Origin: a virus
Taxonomy: Duplodnaviria > Caudoviricetes
DNA: 61,182 nt
IMG/VR virus record: IMGVR_UViG_3300030389_003077
Span: 1 to 61,182 of that record
Strand: one strand, 5' to 3'
How positions within the stretch are numbered: the first letter of the stretch is position 1; each line of letters starts with the position of its first letter. The notes below the pieces were generated by a model. It made no database searches and was not told the origin of the DNA. It was given only the letters and a program-made list of their open reading frames with translations. Positions 9,632 through 19,364 of the stretch are shown piece by piece. Position numbers and translations under genes: made by a program.

Positions 9632-10666
9632 TTAAAATATTACATAATTAATTCCTACGTTAAAGTTGTGCCAATCTCTATTCCAATATTTACTATATCT
9701 TCCTTCGATAAAGATACCTAAACTTTTGTTAAATCTATAACCGAATATTAAACCAGCAGAATAATCCATCCATTGACCATCATTATACTTGTGATAAGAG
9801 TATTTATTTTTAGTATCTAAATGGTAAGGCATAAGGTTTCCCCACGTGTGAAACCAAAAGTCTTTTGTAAAGTGGTAGTAGTCTAATCCTAACACAACAG
9901 AATATTCTAAAATACTAGATAAAGCACTTCTTTGCTTTTCTACATAATTATTTATAACTTGTGGTATCACAACCTCTTCCCAGACAGCTTGACTGTTTGC
10001 TACAACTTCTCCAGTTGGTGAAGAATATTCTCCATCTAGAGATATAGAGTAACCTTCTTGTATAGCTAAGTATGTATAATGAAGAGAACCATTATCTAAA
10101 ACCCAATCCTGAAGAGGATCAAATCCGTAAGGTTCGGCAAGTCTTTGCACTAAACCCCCGTTAAACGAAAGCTTGCCTTCCCTTACTTTTAACCTAAATC
10201 TTTCTGAAGCTTCAAAGTATTTTATATCTGCAAAACCATCTTCTAAATACTCTACCTTTCCAACCCACTTGTCTGCAACATATCTTACAAAGTGGTGTTG
10301 ATTAATGTAGTTTATTCCTAATCTTCTTAAAAAATCAGCCTCAAACAAATACTCAAAACCATCAACTCTACCAATAGTAGCAGCATCTGAGTAAGATCTT
10401 TCTGTACCATTATAAAAAGTGTTAGCTCTGTTCTCGTAGCCAAATCTTTTTATTTTTCTAATACCTATAGATAAATTATAATCAAAAGGAGTTTCTATTA
10501 CATCTTCTTGTAGTGTCCCAGATGTTATGGACCAAATTTGATTGTCACCTAGAGATGTACCACCATTTATAGCAGTGTAAATTGTAGAATATTTAAATAT
10601 ATTATGAAGACCTTGAGATAAACAGGTAGTTGATATAAATAACAATAAGAGTAATAGATTTCTCAT
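9632..10666 (-). CDS. Putative outer-membrane beta-barrel protein
   Basis: Signal peptide, aromatic amphipathic strands, C-terminal FNVGINYVIF (BAM-type signal ending in F). Confidence 0.65.
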   Translation of the reverse strand: MRNLLLLLLFISTTCLSQGLHNIFKYSTIYTAINGGTSLGDNQIWSITSGTLQEDVIETPFDYNLSIGIRKIKRFGYENRANTFYNGTERSYSDAATIGRVDGFEYLFEADFLRRLGINYINQHHFVRYVADKWVGKVEYLEDGFADIKYFEASERFRLKVREGKLSFNGGLVQRLAEPYGFDPLQDWVLDNGSLHYTYLAIQEGYSISLDGEYSSPTGEVVANSQAVWEEVVIPQVINNYVEKQRSALSSILEYSVVLGLDYYHFTKDFWFHTWGNLMPYHLDTKNKYSYHKYNDGQWMDYSAGLIFGYRFNKSLGIFIEGRYSKYWNRDWHNFNVGINYVIF

Positions 10667-12954
10667 TTTTTGACAAATTTTGCTTTATTAATGTTTCCAT
10701 TACAGCCTATGGTTATATTATAAATACCTGCAGGTAAATATGTAATATTTAATCTGTTTAACCCTGCTATTGTTTGTTTTCGTTTTACGTCTTTTACAAG
10801 CCTACCATTTATGTCATAAATCCTTATACTAACTTTAGTCTTTGTTAAAACATTTAAAAAGTTTTCAGTTGGATTTGGATATATAGCAATATCATTACTC
10901 CTCATTAGATCTCTAACATCTAACTCGCTATCTCCATAACAATGCCAGTATAACTGTTGACACTTTTCATCCCAATTTGTATTACAACAATAAGGATCTA
11001 CTAAAATAACCCAAGAATAACATGTGTCATTTAACCAGTATGGAATACCAGGACCATCAATACAACCTGCATCATATAGACAGTCATAGCTTTCTGTATT
11101 AGCAAACTCGTCATAATTATATGCTGTGTTATCCATACACCCTTCAACAACTTCTAAACAGTTATCGTTACTTGTATTAGCTAAAGAATCGTAATTAAAT
11201 GCTATAGAATCTAAGCAACCATATATAACTGGAACGCATGAAAAATCATTTGTATTTGCATCCTCATCGTAATTAAAAGCATCTGGATCGGTACATCCTA
11301 GTATAGTTGTAAAGCAACCTCCATTATCTACATTAGCATTAGGATCATAGTTGTCTGCTTCAGGATCCATGCAGCCAAAATATAAACAAGATTCGTCTGA
11401 TGTGTTGGCTAAAGAGTTATAATTCCAAGCCACCTCATCCATACATCCAACAATTACAGATATACAACCTTCATTGTCAACATTAGCTAGAGAGTCATAA
11501 TTAAAAGCTAACTCGTTTGTACAACCCTCAACTACAGGAATACAGTATCCATAATCTGTATTAGCTAAAGAGTCATAATTAAAAGCTTCAGGGTCCATAC
11601 ATCCCTCCACTACATCTATACAATAATCACCACAATATGGTAGAGCATTATATACATGCCAAAAAGGTGGCTCAAAGGGTTGTAGTGCACCTGCACCATT
11701 AAAAGCAAATGGATTAGATCCTCCTGATATTAGTAAATCTAAAGCATCGTTAAATAAAAAGAAAGAGTTATGCATAGTTTGAAACTCTAACTCTTCTTGT
11801 GGTACCTGTGGTGGTCCAATCTCAAAATATCTAATCTGAACAGACATATCTGTTCTTAAATAAATCCATTTAACTTCTTCATATATTCCAGGACCTAATG
11901 TGTACACACCAATTAAACTATCGCCTTGTGTTATAGCTAAGTGAGAGTCACCCCAACCGTCCCCTCCATTGTCATTAAGAACTAATTTATATTCACATAC
12001 AGGAACTATGTCATTTAATGTTGCTAAAGAATCGTAGTTATAAGCGTTCCAATCTATACAACCAACAATGTGTTCTGTTTCGCAACTACCATCATCTACT
12101 TGAGCAAAAGGATTAAACTCTATATAACTATTATCCATGCAGCCATATTCTATTGGAACATCACAGTGTTCTAGTTGTATTACTCCTGAGTAAGCTACAG
12201 ATCCAAAGTTCGGATCAGGAAGCTCCCATATAACATCAGGGCTACCACAAGGCTCTAAATCTCCAAGGATAACAAAACCACCATCGTCATTTTGATTAAT
12301 AAGAGATCCAGCCATACCATCACCATACGTATCACTTAGTATAAGTTCTACACCTGCTTCAGGTACACATAATTGATAAGGTATTGTTGTATTTGCTTGG
12401 TCGTAAGAATATTCTCCAGCTTGAACACTTTCAACTGGTTGACCAGTAGATATATCGGTAAGAATCCACCCTGTCTCTCCAGGATATTGGTCTAGTGTAA
12501 CTTCTAGTAGCATTTTAGCTTCACCATCGCTACACTCTATATTAGCACATCCTCCATTATCCACCTCAGCTAAAGGATTATAATTTATAGCTTCTGGATC
12601 AGTGCAACCTATTATTGGCATATCGCATGAACCATCATCTATGGTAGCTTCAGGAACAAAATTCCAAGCCATAAAATTCATGCAACCATATATAGTATCT
12701 AGCACAGGTAAAGGACAGTCGCCATTGTCAAAGTTAAACTCAGGGCAGTTAAAGTAAATATCGTTGCCATTCCAAGAGTAAGCACCATCATCACAGAACC
12801 CATCTCCTACCCAACCTAAAATACCAGATACGTCATTACCAATACAGTCTACAATACTATCTGGTATACTATCTGGGAGTAATGGTAGGGGTTGAGATTT
12901 AACATTTAGGGATATTAAAAATAATATCGGGATGATTTTTTTTAGCATTTCCAT
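10663..12954 (-). CDS. Cys-rich repeat surface protein with T9SS type A C-terminal sorting domain
   Basis: Signal peptide, LNR-like WVGDGFCDD..C..FNFDNGDC, 11 GC(M/T)DxxAxNY-type repeats, C-terminal IYPNP...IYDINGRLV...LPAGIY...KFVKK. Confidence 0.88.
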   Translation of the reverse strand: MEMLKKIIPILFLISLNVKSQPLPLLPDSIPDSIVDCIGNDVSGILGWVGDGFCDDGAYSWNGNDIYFNCPEFNFDNGDCPLPVLDTIYGCMNFMAWNFVPEATIDDGSCDMPIIGCTDPEAINYNPLAEVDNGGCANIECSDGEAKMLLEVTLDQYPGETGWILTDISTGQPVESVQAGEYSYDQANTTIPYQLCVPEAGVELILSDTYGDGMAGSLINQNDDGGFVILGDLEPCGSPDVIWELPDPNFGSVAYSGVIQLEHCDVPIEYGCMDNSYIEFNPFAQVDDGSCETEHIVGCIDWNAYNYDSLATLNDIVPVCEYKLVLNDNGGDGWGDSHLAITQGDSLIGVYTLGPGIYEEVKWIYLRTDMSVQIRYFEIGPPQVPQEELEFQTMHNSFFLFNDALDLLISGGSNPFAFNGAGALQPFEPPFWHVYNALPYCGDYCIDVVEGCMDPEAFNYDSLANTDYGYCIPVVEGCTNELAFNYDSLANVDNEGCISVIVGCMDEVAWNYNSLANTSDESCLYFGCMDPEADNYDPNANVDNGGCFTTILGCTDPDAFNYDEDANTNDFSCVPVIYGCLDSIAFNYDSLANTSNDNCLEVVEGCMDNTAYNYDEFANTESYDCLYDAGCIDGPGIPYWLNDTCYSWVILVDPYCCNTNWDEKCQQLYWHCYGDSELDVRDLMRSNDIAIYPNPTENFLNVLTKTKVSIRIYDINGRLVKDVKRKQTIAGLNRLNITYLPAGIYNITIGCNGNINKAKFVKK

Positions 12955-13481
12955 CGTCTTCGTGCTTGTCGGATTCTTGAGTTAGGGTTATTTCTTGTTT
13001 TTGCACTACTACGTTTTAACTGACCTAACGATCTAGCACAAAATGATTTTCTTCTTTTAGCTGCTTTACTACCAGGCTTTACTTTTCCAGTTACAGCAGT
13101 TTTAAGTTTACTGCCAGGATTAGCACGTCTATAAGCCATAACTCCCTTTCTAGTCATCCCCGCACCAGATTTAGTAGGTCTAAAGTTGCCAGACTTAACG
13201 CTAGTCTTTATACCCATACCTTTTTTAGCCTTCTTAACTGCTTTCACCTTTTTCTTTTTGTACCTAGATACTCTACCTTTAGTGTTCTTCTCTATTTGAG
13301 CTCTACGCTTTTCCGCAGGAGATAGTTCACTCCAAGTTGTAGGTGTATCTTTACTAACTCTTTTAGTAGGGCGAAAAGTATTTTCTCCGCCCTTATAATC
13401 TTTTTTACCTTTTGGTGTACGCCAGTCTTCTTTAAACCAGCGTTTCAGTCGTAAACCTGCTGCTGTTTTTCTAACTGCCAT
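12942..13481 (-). CDS. Highly basic phage protein (DUF5872-like plus DUF6321-like parts)
   Basis: LKRWFKEDW and RRKSFCAR...RQARRRWKC motifs common in marine phages; family names from recall. Confidence 0.6.
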   Translation of the reverse strand: MAVRKTAAGLRLKRWFKEDWRTPKGKKDYKGGENTFRPTKRVSKDTPTTWSELSPAEKRRAQIEKNTKGRVSRYKKKKVKAVKKAKKGMGIKTSVKSGNFRPTKSGAGMTRKGVMAYRRANPGSKLKTAVTGKVKPGSKAAKRRKSFCARSLGQLKRSSAKTRNNPNSRIRQARRRWKC

Positions 13482-13690
13482 TACCTTTTTTTCTTTTTGC
13501 CACCTTCACCCCAGTTGGCAGCACCTACTTTTCTACACTTAGCCATTGCACCACTTCTATAAGCTGAAGTCTTAGGTCCATATCTAGATACTACTTTGTA
13601 GTAGCAAGCATCTTTTACAGAACCACCTTTCTTCATGCTTTTAACTTTTTTCTTTCGCTTTACAGCTTTACAAGTACAACGTTTGTGCAT
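13481..13690 (-). CDS. Small basic phage protein
   Basis: KDACYYKV..SAYRSGAMAKCRK motif. Confidence 0.6.
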   Translation of the reverse strand: MHKRCTCKAVKRKKKVKSMKKGGSVKDACYYKVVSRYGPKTSAYRSGAMAKCRKVGAANWGEGGKKKKR

Positions 13691-13902
13691 TATTTATTAG
13701 CAAATTTTTCTACGCCAGAAATGCCAAACGAGCCCAACACAACCCACACGAAGGAGTCGTATACAAACTCGTTTATTACTAGGTCTGATCCAACCCATCC
13801 TGTAACAAGGTCAGCTATCATTATAAGGCACATAATAGCAAAAGCTATAAAACCTACGATAGCCTTCTCATTCCAAGCGTTATCGTTTTTAAATATTTCC
13901 AT
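13690..13902 (-). CDS. Small two-TM membrane protein (holin-like)
   Basis: Two hydrophobic helices, ends GSFGISGVEKF. Confidence 0.55.
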   Translation of the reverse strand: MEIFKNDNAWNEKAIVGFIAFAIMCLIMIADLVTGWVGSDLVINEFVYDSFVWVVLGSFGISGVEKFANK

Positions 13903-13904
13903 TA

Positions 13905-14609
13905 TTAAGCAGCTTCAAATCCAAATATAAATACTAAAGGATTTATGCAGACTAATTCATCACCTGCACCTAAAGCATCAGTGTTTGCAGATTCTAAAGT
14001 AACTGATGATGCGGCAACAGATTTTACTGTTCCTATAGCAGCATTATCATTAGCTTGCAGTATATCTCCAACAGCTAAAGCTAATCTAGCGTCATTTAAA
14101 CCAGAATCTCCAATAGGTATTGTTGTTGCTGATCCTGCGTCATGAGCACCATTTGTTTTTATATTTGATCCAAAATCAAAAGCACCGCCAGTTACGCCTG
14201 CAACGTATATTGAGTCTCCACCTTCAGGAGTCATTATAAGGTCTACTTCTGTATGTATCATCTTAAAGGGAACAAGATCGCCTCCCTCAAGATCATTAGA
14301 ACCATTTACTAAAGCATAACCAAGCATATCTTTACTATATCCAGCCATAGATTCAGCACTGTTTACAGTACCTAAACTATACTCTGAAGAGTTTTTTGAA
14401 AAATATAACTTTACATCTTGTGTTGCCTGTGCAGCTCCATTTGTCCCTCTAATAATAGTAGTGATACTAACTAATCTAGATGAACCTCTATCAACTGGAA
14501 TCTCAGTCCAATTAAATAAAACATCATTTGCAGCAAAAGCACGTTGAGCTAATACACCAGTGGTTAGTGATGGTCTAACTGTTACTGAATAAAATTTTCT
14601 TCCAGCCAT
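13905..14609 (-). CDS. Putative virion structural protein
   Basis: 234 aa, A/G/S-rich beta protein, first gene behind a promoter. Confidence 0.5.
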   Translation of the reverse strand: MAGRKFYSVTVRPSLTTGVLAQRAFAANDVLFNWTEIPVDRGSSRLVSITTIIRGTNGAAQATQDVKLYFSKNSSEYSLGTVNSAESMAGYSKDMLGYALVNGSNDLEGGDLVPFKMIHTEVDLIMTPEGGDSIYVAGVTGGAFDFGSNIKTNGAHDAGSATTIPIGDSGLNDARLALAVGDILQANDNAAIGTVKSVAASSVTLESANTDALGAGDELVCINPLVFIFGFEAA

Positions 14610-14641
14610 TATTTTTTTATTTTAATTTTTTATTTTATACG

Positions 14642-14649
14642 CAAATGTA
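14642..14649 (-). promoter_or_regulatory. -7 element TACATTTG (divergent pair, leftward)
   Basis: TAnnTTTG in intergenic gap upstream of 14609. Confidence 0.65.
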
Positions 14650-14679
14650 ATGATAATTTTTTAATTATAATAAAATTAT

Positions 14680-14687
14680 TATCTTTG
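14680..14687 (+). promoter_or_regulatory. -7 element TATCTTTG (divergent pair, rightward)
   Basis: TAnnTTTG 20 nt upstream of ATG 14708. Confidence 0.65.
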
Positions 14688-14707
14688 ACCTAATTTAATC
14701 TAAGTCA

Positions 14708-15031
14708 ATGAGGAATTACTTGAAGTATCTTAGTGATACCATGTACTCCTTCCAAAGGAAATACAACCTTACAGAAAACCAGTTAAAGTTCCTGCTTTTC
14801 ATAAATGACGAAAAACAGTCTTTCACTAAAAGGTTTATAAGGGAAAATATGTACGTTAGCAAGAACTTTATGGATAGACTTTTACCTGCTCTTGTAAAAC
14901 GAGATTTTATTTTTATATTTGAAAAAAAATTTAGGGGAACAAAAGCTCCTAATAAATATAGAGTAACAAGTAAAACAAATAGATTAATAGAAAAATTTTA
15001 TAACGTCCTTGAAGGACAAGAAGCAATTTAA
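14708..15031 (+). CDS. Winged-helix (MarR-like) DNA-binding protein
   Basis: NLTENQLKFLLFI...LPALVKRDFI...KYRVTSK pattern. Confidence 0.6.
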   Translation: MRNYLKYLSDTMYSFQRKYNLTENQLKFLLFINDEKQSFTKRFIRENMYVSKNFMDRLLPALVKRDFIFIFEKKFRGTKAPNKYRVTSKTNRLIEKFYNVLEGQEAI

Positions 15032-15032
15032 T

Positions 15033-15419
15033 ATGTATCATAAAGGAAAAAAAGCAATGTACGGTGCTAAAATGAAAAAAGCACTAGGTGGTGCCACAAT
15101 GAAAAAAATGAAGATGATGAAGAAGGGTGGTAAATTAAAAATGGTAAAAGGACCAGATGGTAAAATGGTTCCATTCTATGCTGCTGATGGAAAAGGGAAG
15201 ATGATGTATGGCGGATCCATGAAAAAGAAAATGACTATGGGTGGTCGTATGGGAAGTAAAGAGATGATGGAGAGTATGAAGAAGGACGATAAGATGCTAA
15301 AGCATGGTGGTAAGGTAATGATTGTTATGCCAATTAAAAAGTCTGGTAAAAAAGCTATGATGGGTGCCAAGATGAAAAGCATGAAAAAAGCCATGATGGG
15401 TGCTAAAATGAAAAAGTAA
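15033..15419 (+). CDS. Met/Lys/Gly-rich low-complexity basic protein
   Basis: Likely ATG 15033; 28 Met in 128 aa; repeated KKAMxGAKMK. Confidence 0.7.
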   Translation: MYHKGKKAMYGAKMKKALGGATMKKMKMMKKGGKLKMVKGPDGKMVPFYAADGKGKMMYGGSMKKKMTMGGRMGSKEMMESMKKDDKMLKHGGKVMIVMPIKKSGKKAMMGAKMKSMKKAMMGAKMKK

Positions 15420-15425
15420 ATCTAA

Positions 15426-17579
15426 ATGAAATCACCAAAGAAAAATGGTATCGGTGAAGTAGTCACTGACTATGGTCGAAGGGTGATGAGAATTTTTAAG
15501 AAAGGGCTACTACAACGTAGCCTTTTTGATTTTTACGGGGATATTAAAGCTGATACTGTAAAAGTAAAAGAATCATCATCAGTGCCAAATACTCCAGTGG
15601 ATGGGGATGGTGGTGTAGTTTATGTTAAGTCTACTGACGGTAAGTTATACTTCAAGAGTAATGAAGTTTCAGAGGTAGAACTTAGCTCTCAAGGGACTAA
15701 CACAACATACTCTGTATCTTGCGTGGATGGAGATAATTCTGATGAAGAAAAGATTAGACTAACTGGTAGTGACTCTTCAACAGATGATGTAGTGTTAGAG
15801 GCTGGTACAGGTCTATCCATAGCTAGAGATGGTGATAAGATTACTTTTACTAATACAATAACAGACACAGATACTGTATTAACTACAGAACAAGTTCAAG
15901 ATATTGCAGGAGCATTAGTAGCAACAGGTGGCACTAAAACAGGTATCACAGTTACATACGATGACGTTAATAATAATATGGACTTCGTTGTTGGAACAGA
16001 TATAACTTTAACAACTGCAGCTCAACCTAATATAACATCTCTTGGAACTCTTACTTCTTTAAATGTTGATAATACAAATATAGATGGCTCAAGAATAACA
16101 CTTGTTGGTAGTACTGACGATGCCTGCGTTATAGACTGTAGTACACATGGTGCTACTACTATAACAACTACTGACGCTGCTGGAGCAGCAGCCGACTTAG
16201 GTTTTATTGCTGATGGAGCAATAACAGCTACATCAACTTCTTTTACAGCCACTACAGACGATTTTACCATAACTAGTGCAACAGCTAATAAACCAATAGT
16301 TTCAATAGTTAGCACTAACACAGGTAATAAACCACCATTACTAATATTTCAAAAAACTGATACAGGTGCTGCTCTTGATAGTCCAGGTATAATTGAGTTT
16401 AAAGCAGATGATGATGCTAACAATGAACACACTTATGCTAGTATACAATCTCAAATAGTTTCAGCAGCTAATAGTAGTGAAGCTGGTAAGCTAAGCATTG
16501 AAGTAGCAACAAGCGCTGGTAGTGGCACTAGTAATAAAAATGGTATTTTATTCACAGGTAGTGCAACTGCTAATGATGTTGATGTAACTATTGGAGCTGA
16601 AACAACATCACTAACAACTATATCTGGTAACCTTCAAGTTAATGGTAATGAAATAAAAGATGACGATGGCACAACTTGTTTAACATTTGATAGTAGTGGT
16701 AACGTTACAACAGGAGGTAATTTAACTTGTACAACATCTTCGTCATTAGCAGGATTAGCACTAACGTTAAATCATACATCTGCAACTGGTAGTCCTTTTA
16801 TAGCGTTTAGTCAAAATGGTACTAGAAGATCTTTTATTCAACATCACAATACAGATGATAAGTTTCGTTTTGCTTCTGAGTTTGGTGCTTTATCTTTAGA
16901 GGCAGCTTCTAGTGCTGGAACTGATTCTAATACAGCTTATCTAGTTATAGATCCAGGAGGAACGTTTACACTTGGAGCAGAAAACTCTGATGTTGTTCTT
17001 ACTACAGATGGTAATATGACTTTTAGAGTAGATGCTGATAATGACGAAACTAATGGATCTTTTATATTTCAACACAATGCTAGTACACAAATAGCATCAA
17101 TTACTGAAGATGGTACATTTAGTACTTCTGGAGCAGTTGTATCTACTTTAGGACATAAATACATTAAGACTGGTAATACAGATGGCACCTATCAAGGTGA
17201 CGTTGTATACTTTGGTGGCACAACATCTATGACAACTGGAAGAATATATTATTATAACTCAAGTGGAAACTGGATATTAGCAGACGCTGATTCTGCATCA
17301 ACTAGTAGCGGTTTATTAGGTGTAGCTTTAGGTGCAGCGTCAGATACTAATGGTGTTTTACTTAGAGGTATGGTAACCTTAAATCACGATCCAGGTGCAG
17401 TTGGAGATATATTATATTTAGCACCTGCTGGTGGAGTTCTAGCTAACGCTGGTATGGCTTCCTCTACAGCACCAAGTGGTAGTGGAGATATAATTAGAAT
17501 ACTTGGTTATTGTTTAGATGCTAGCAATGGTCAAATGTGGTTTAATCCTGATAGTACGTTTGTTGAGTATACAACTTAA
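15426..17579 (+). CDS. Tail fibre-like protein
   Basis: 717 aa, T/S/G/D-rich; AAQPNITSLGTLTSL fibre motif. Confidence 0.7.
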   Translation: MKSPKKNGIGEVVTDYGRRVMRIFKKGLLQRSLFDFYGDIKADTVKVKESSSVPNTPVDGDGGVVYVKSTDGKLYFKSNEVSEVELSSQGTNTTYSVSCVDGDNSDEEKIRLTGSDSSTDDVVLEAGTGLSIARDGDKITFTNTITDTDTVLTTEQVQDIAGALVATGGTKTGITVTYDDVNNNMDFVVGTDITLTTAAQPNITSLGTLTSLNVDNTNIDGSRITLVGSTDDACVIDCSTHGATTITTTDAAGAAADLGFIADGAITATSTSFTATTDDFTITSATANKPIVSIVSTNTGNKPPLLIFQKTDTGAALDSPGIIEFKADDDANNEHTYASIQSQIVSAANSSEAGKLSIEVATSAGSGTSNKNGILFTGSATANDVDVTIGAETTSLTTISGNLQVNGNEIKDDDGTTCLTFDSSGNVTTGGNLTCTTSSSLAGLALTLNHTSATGSPFIAFSQNGTRRSFIQHHNTDDKFRFASEFGALSLEAASSAGTDSNTAYLVIDPGGTFTLGAENSDVVLTTDGNMTFRVDADNDETNGSFIFQHNASTQIASITEDGTFSTSGAVVSTLGHKYIKTGNTDGTYQGDVVYFGGTTSMTTGRIYYYNSSGNWILADADSASTSSGLLGVALGAASDTNGVLLRGMVTLNHDPGAVGDILYLAPAGGVLANAGMASSTAPSGSGDIIRILGYCLDASNGQMWFNPDSTFVEYTT

Positions 17580-17581
17580 AT

Positions 17582-18670
17582 ATGAGTGGTGTTTCTAAAA
17601 TAAACGGTATAGCTTTGGCTAACGTAGCTAAAGTTAATAATATAGCTAAAGCTAACTTAGGTAAAGTATCTGGCATAACAGTACCATCTGCTGCATACAG
17701 TAGTGCTAACTCTGTATTTTTTGATAATACAGATGACTATGGTATTATTAATGGTTGTGTATTACCAACAGACGAAGGTAGTGTTTCTTTTTGGCTTAAA
17801 CTTGGTCAAACAGAAGGTACAGATATTATATTTTTCTGGGGTGACAGTCTATCTACAGGTGGAAGTACTTCAAACGGTTTTATAGACGTAAGACTACAAA
17901 ATAACTCTGGTAATCCAGCAGCTAGAAATATAGTTTTTACTTATGCAGACGGTACATCTGGTCAAGCTCGAGCTTGTAGTATAAAATCGTCTAGTGCCGA
18001 TCATGGTACTGCATTTTCAAGATGGAAAGCTAATTATGATGGTGTATTTTCTTCTTTTTGGAATAAGTGGGAGTACAATGCTAATAAGCTTATCGAACCA
18101 GGTACACATAATTTTAGTCCAGCAGAAGGTAGTGAACATGGTTGGCATCACTTTGTTGTTACTTGGGATGTTAGTGAAACTTACGTTGGAAAGGATGGTC
18201 AATCAGCTCATACTTTTAGACCAAGATTCTCTCATGACGGCACAACAACAACACACACTGGTACTATGAGAATATATATGGATGGTGTTTTAAGAAACTT
18301 TGGACAATCAAGATACCCAAGTCATAATTATCAAAGGACTCCAATTGGTATGGACGAAATTTCAAGTAACAGTCTTAGTGAAATAGGTGTTATGGGTAGA
18401 CCAAATAACGCACTTCATACGGCAGGAAATATGGACGATTTAGCTTGCTTCAATTCGAAGCTTAGTGATGCAGAAGTTACAGCTATATATAATAGTGGTA
18501 CGCCTACAGATTTAACCTCTAACAGTGGAAATTACACTAGCTCTAGTAATCTAATCGGTTATTGGAAGTTTGACGAAAGTAGTGGAACAACTATAGCAGA
18601 TAGCTCTACTAACTCTAATGATATGACATTAATTAATGGTCCTACTTGGGATAATGGAGATGCTCCTTAG
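17582..18670 (+). CDS. LamG/concanavalin A-like domain virion protein
   Basis: SVSFWLK, WHHFVVTWD, IYMDG, GNMDDLACFNSKLS, LIGYWKFDESSG. Confidence 0.85.
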   Translation: MSGVSKINGIALANVAKVNNIAKANLGKVSGITVPSAAYSSANSVFFDNTDDYGIINGCVLPTDEGSVSFWLKLGQTEGTDIIFFWGDSLSTGGSTSNGFIDVRLQNNSGNPAARNIVFTYADGTSGQARACSIKSSSADHGTAFSRWKANYDGVFSSFWNKWEYNANKLIEPGTHNFSPAEGSEHGWHHFVVTWDVSETYVGKDGQSAHTFRPRFSHDGTTTTHTGTMRIYMDGVLRNFGQSRYPSHNYQRTPIGMDEISSNSLSEIGVMGRPNNALHTAGNMDDLACFNSKLSDAEVTAIYNSGTPTDLTSNSGNYTSSSNLIGYWKFDESSGTTIADSSTNSNDMTLINGPTWDNGDAP

Positions 18671-18672
18671 AT

Positions 18673-18918
18673 ATGAAAAAGTTTATAATTATAAATAAAG
18701 ATCAAGTATCATCTGTAAATTTTGATGAAGTCATGGAGACTAGTGTTAATACTCTTAGATACAACTTGGATGGCACCCAAACATTTGTAAAATTTAATGG
18801 AGATACACCTTCATTTGTTACCAGTGAAACTATATATAGTGAAGATGAATTTAAAGAAATAATGAGTAACTATGATAATGGGTGGGAAATAGACCCTGAA
18901 ACTGAAGAAGAAATATAA
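18673..18918 (+). CDS. Small protein accompanying LamG fibre gene
   Basis: ETSVNTLRYNLDGTQTFVKF; directly follows LamG gene. Confidence 0.6.
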   Translation: MKKFIIINKDQVSSVNFDEVMETSVNTLRYNLDGTQTFVKFNGDTPSFVTSETIYSEDEFKEIMSNYDNGWEIDPETEEEI

Positions 18919-18939
18919 GTAATATTAATAGAATTTTTA

Positions 18940-18947
18940 TATATTTG
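18940..18947 (+). promoter_or_regulatory. -7 element TATATTTG
   Basis: TAnnTTTG 21 nt upstream of ATG 18969. Confidence 0.65.
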
Positions 18948-18968
18948 CAACTTAACAAGTAAAACAAA

Positions 18969-19364
18969 ATGGCAACAGTAACAACAAAATTAACAATATC
19001 AAGTTCAGACTTAACGTCTCAAGCTCTAAGTATTGCTGTATCTAAATCTATAACAGCTACACACACAAGTGGTCTTGCTCGTGCTGCTGTAACTTCTACA
19101 GCTCAAGGCACAGCATCTGGTCAGGTAACTTTATATACAGCTTCTGACTTTGTAGCTGGTTCTTATCTATATGTTAAGAATACAGATACTACAGCTACAG
19201 ACTATATATATGTTTATGCTGATGACTCAGCAGACTCTACAATACTAAGACTTGGTGGTGGTGAGTTTTCAATTATGCCTCTAAATGCAGGAGTTAGCTT
19301 TAAAGCTTTTACAGCTACTAGTGGGACTATAGTTGAGTTTATGGTATTTGGTACAGAGGCTTAA
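18969..19364 (+). CDS. Putative virion structural/decoration protein
   Basis: 131 aa, T/S/A-rich beta protein with YLYVKNTD, own promoter. Confidence 0.55.
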   Translation: MATVTTKLTISSSDLTSQALSIAVSKSITATHTSGLARAAVTSTAQGTASGQVTLYTASDFVAGSYLYVKNTDTTATDYIYVYADDSADSTILRLGGGEFSIMPLNAGVSFKAFTATSGTIVEFMVFGTEA

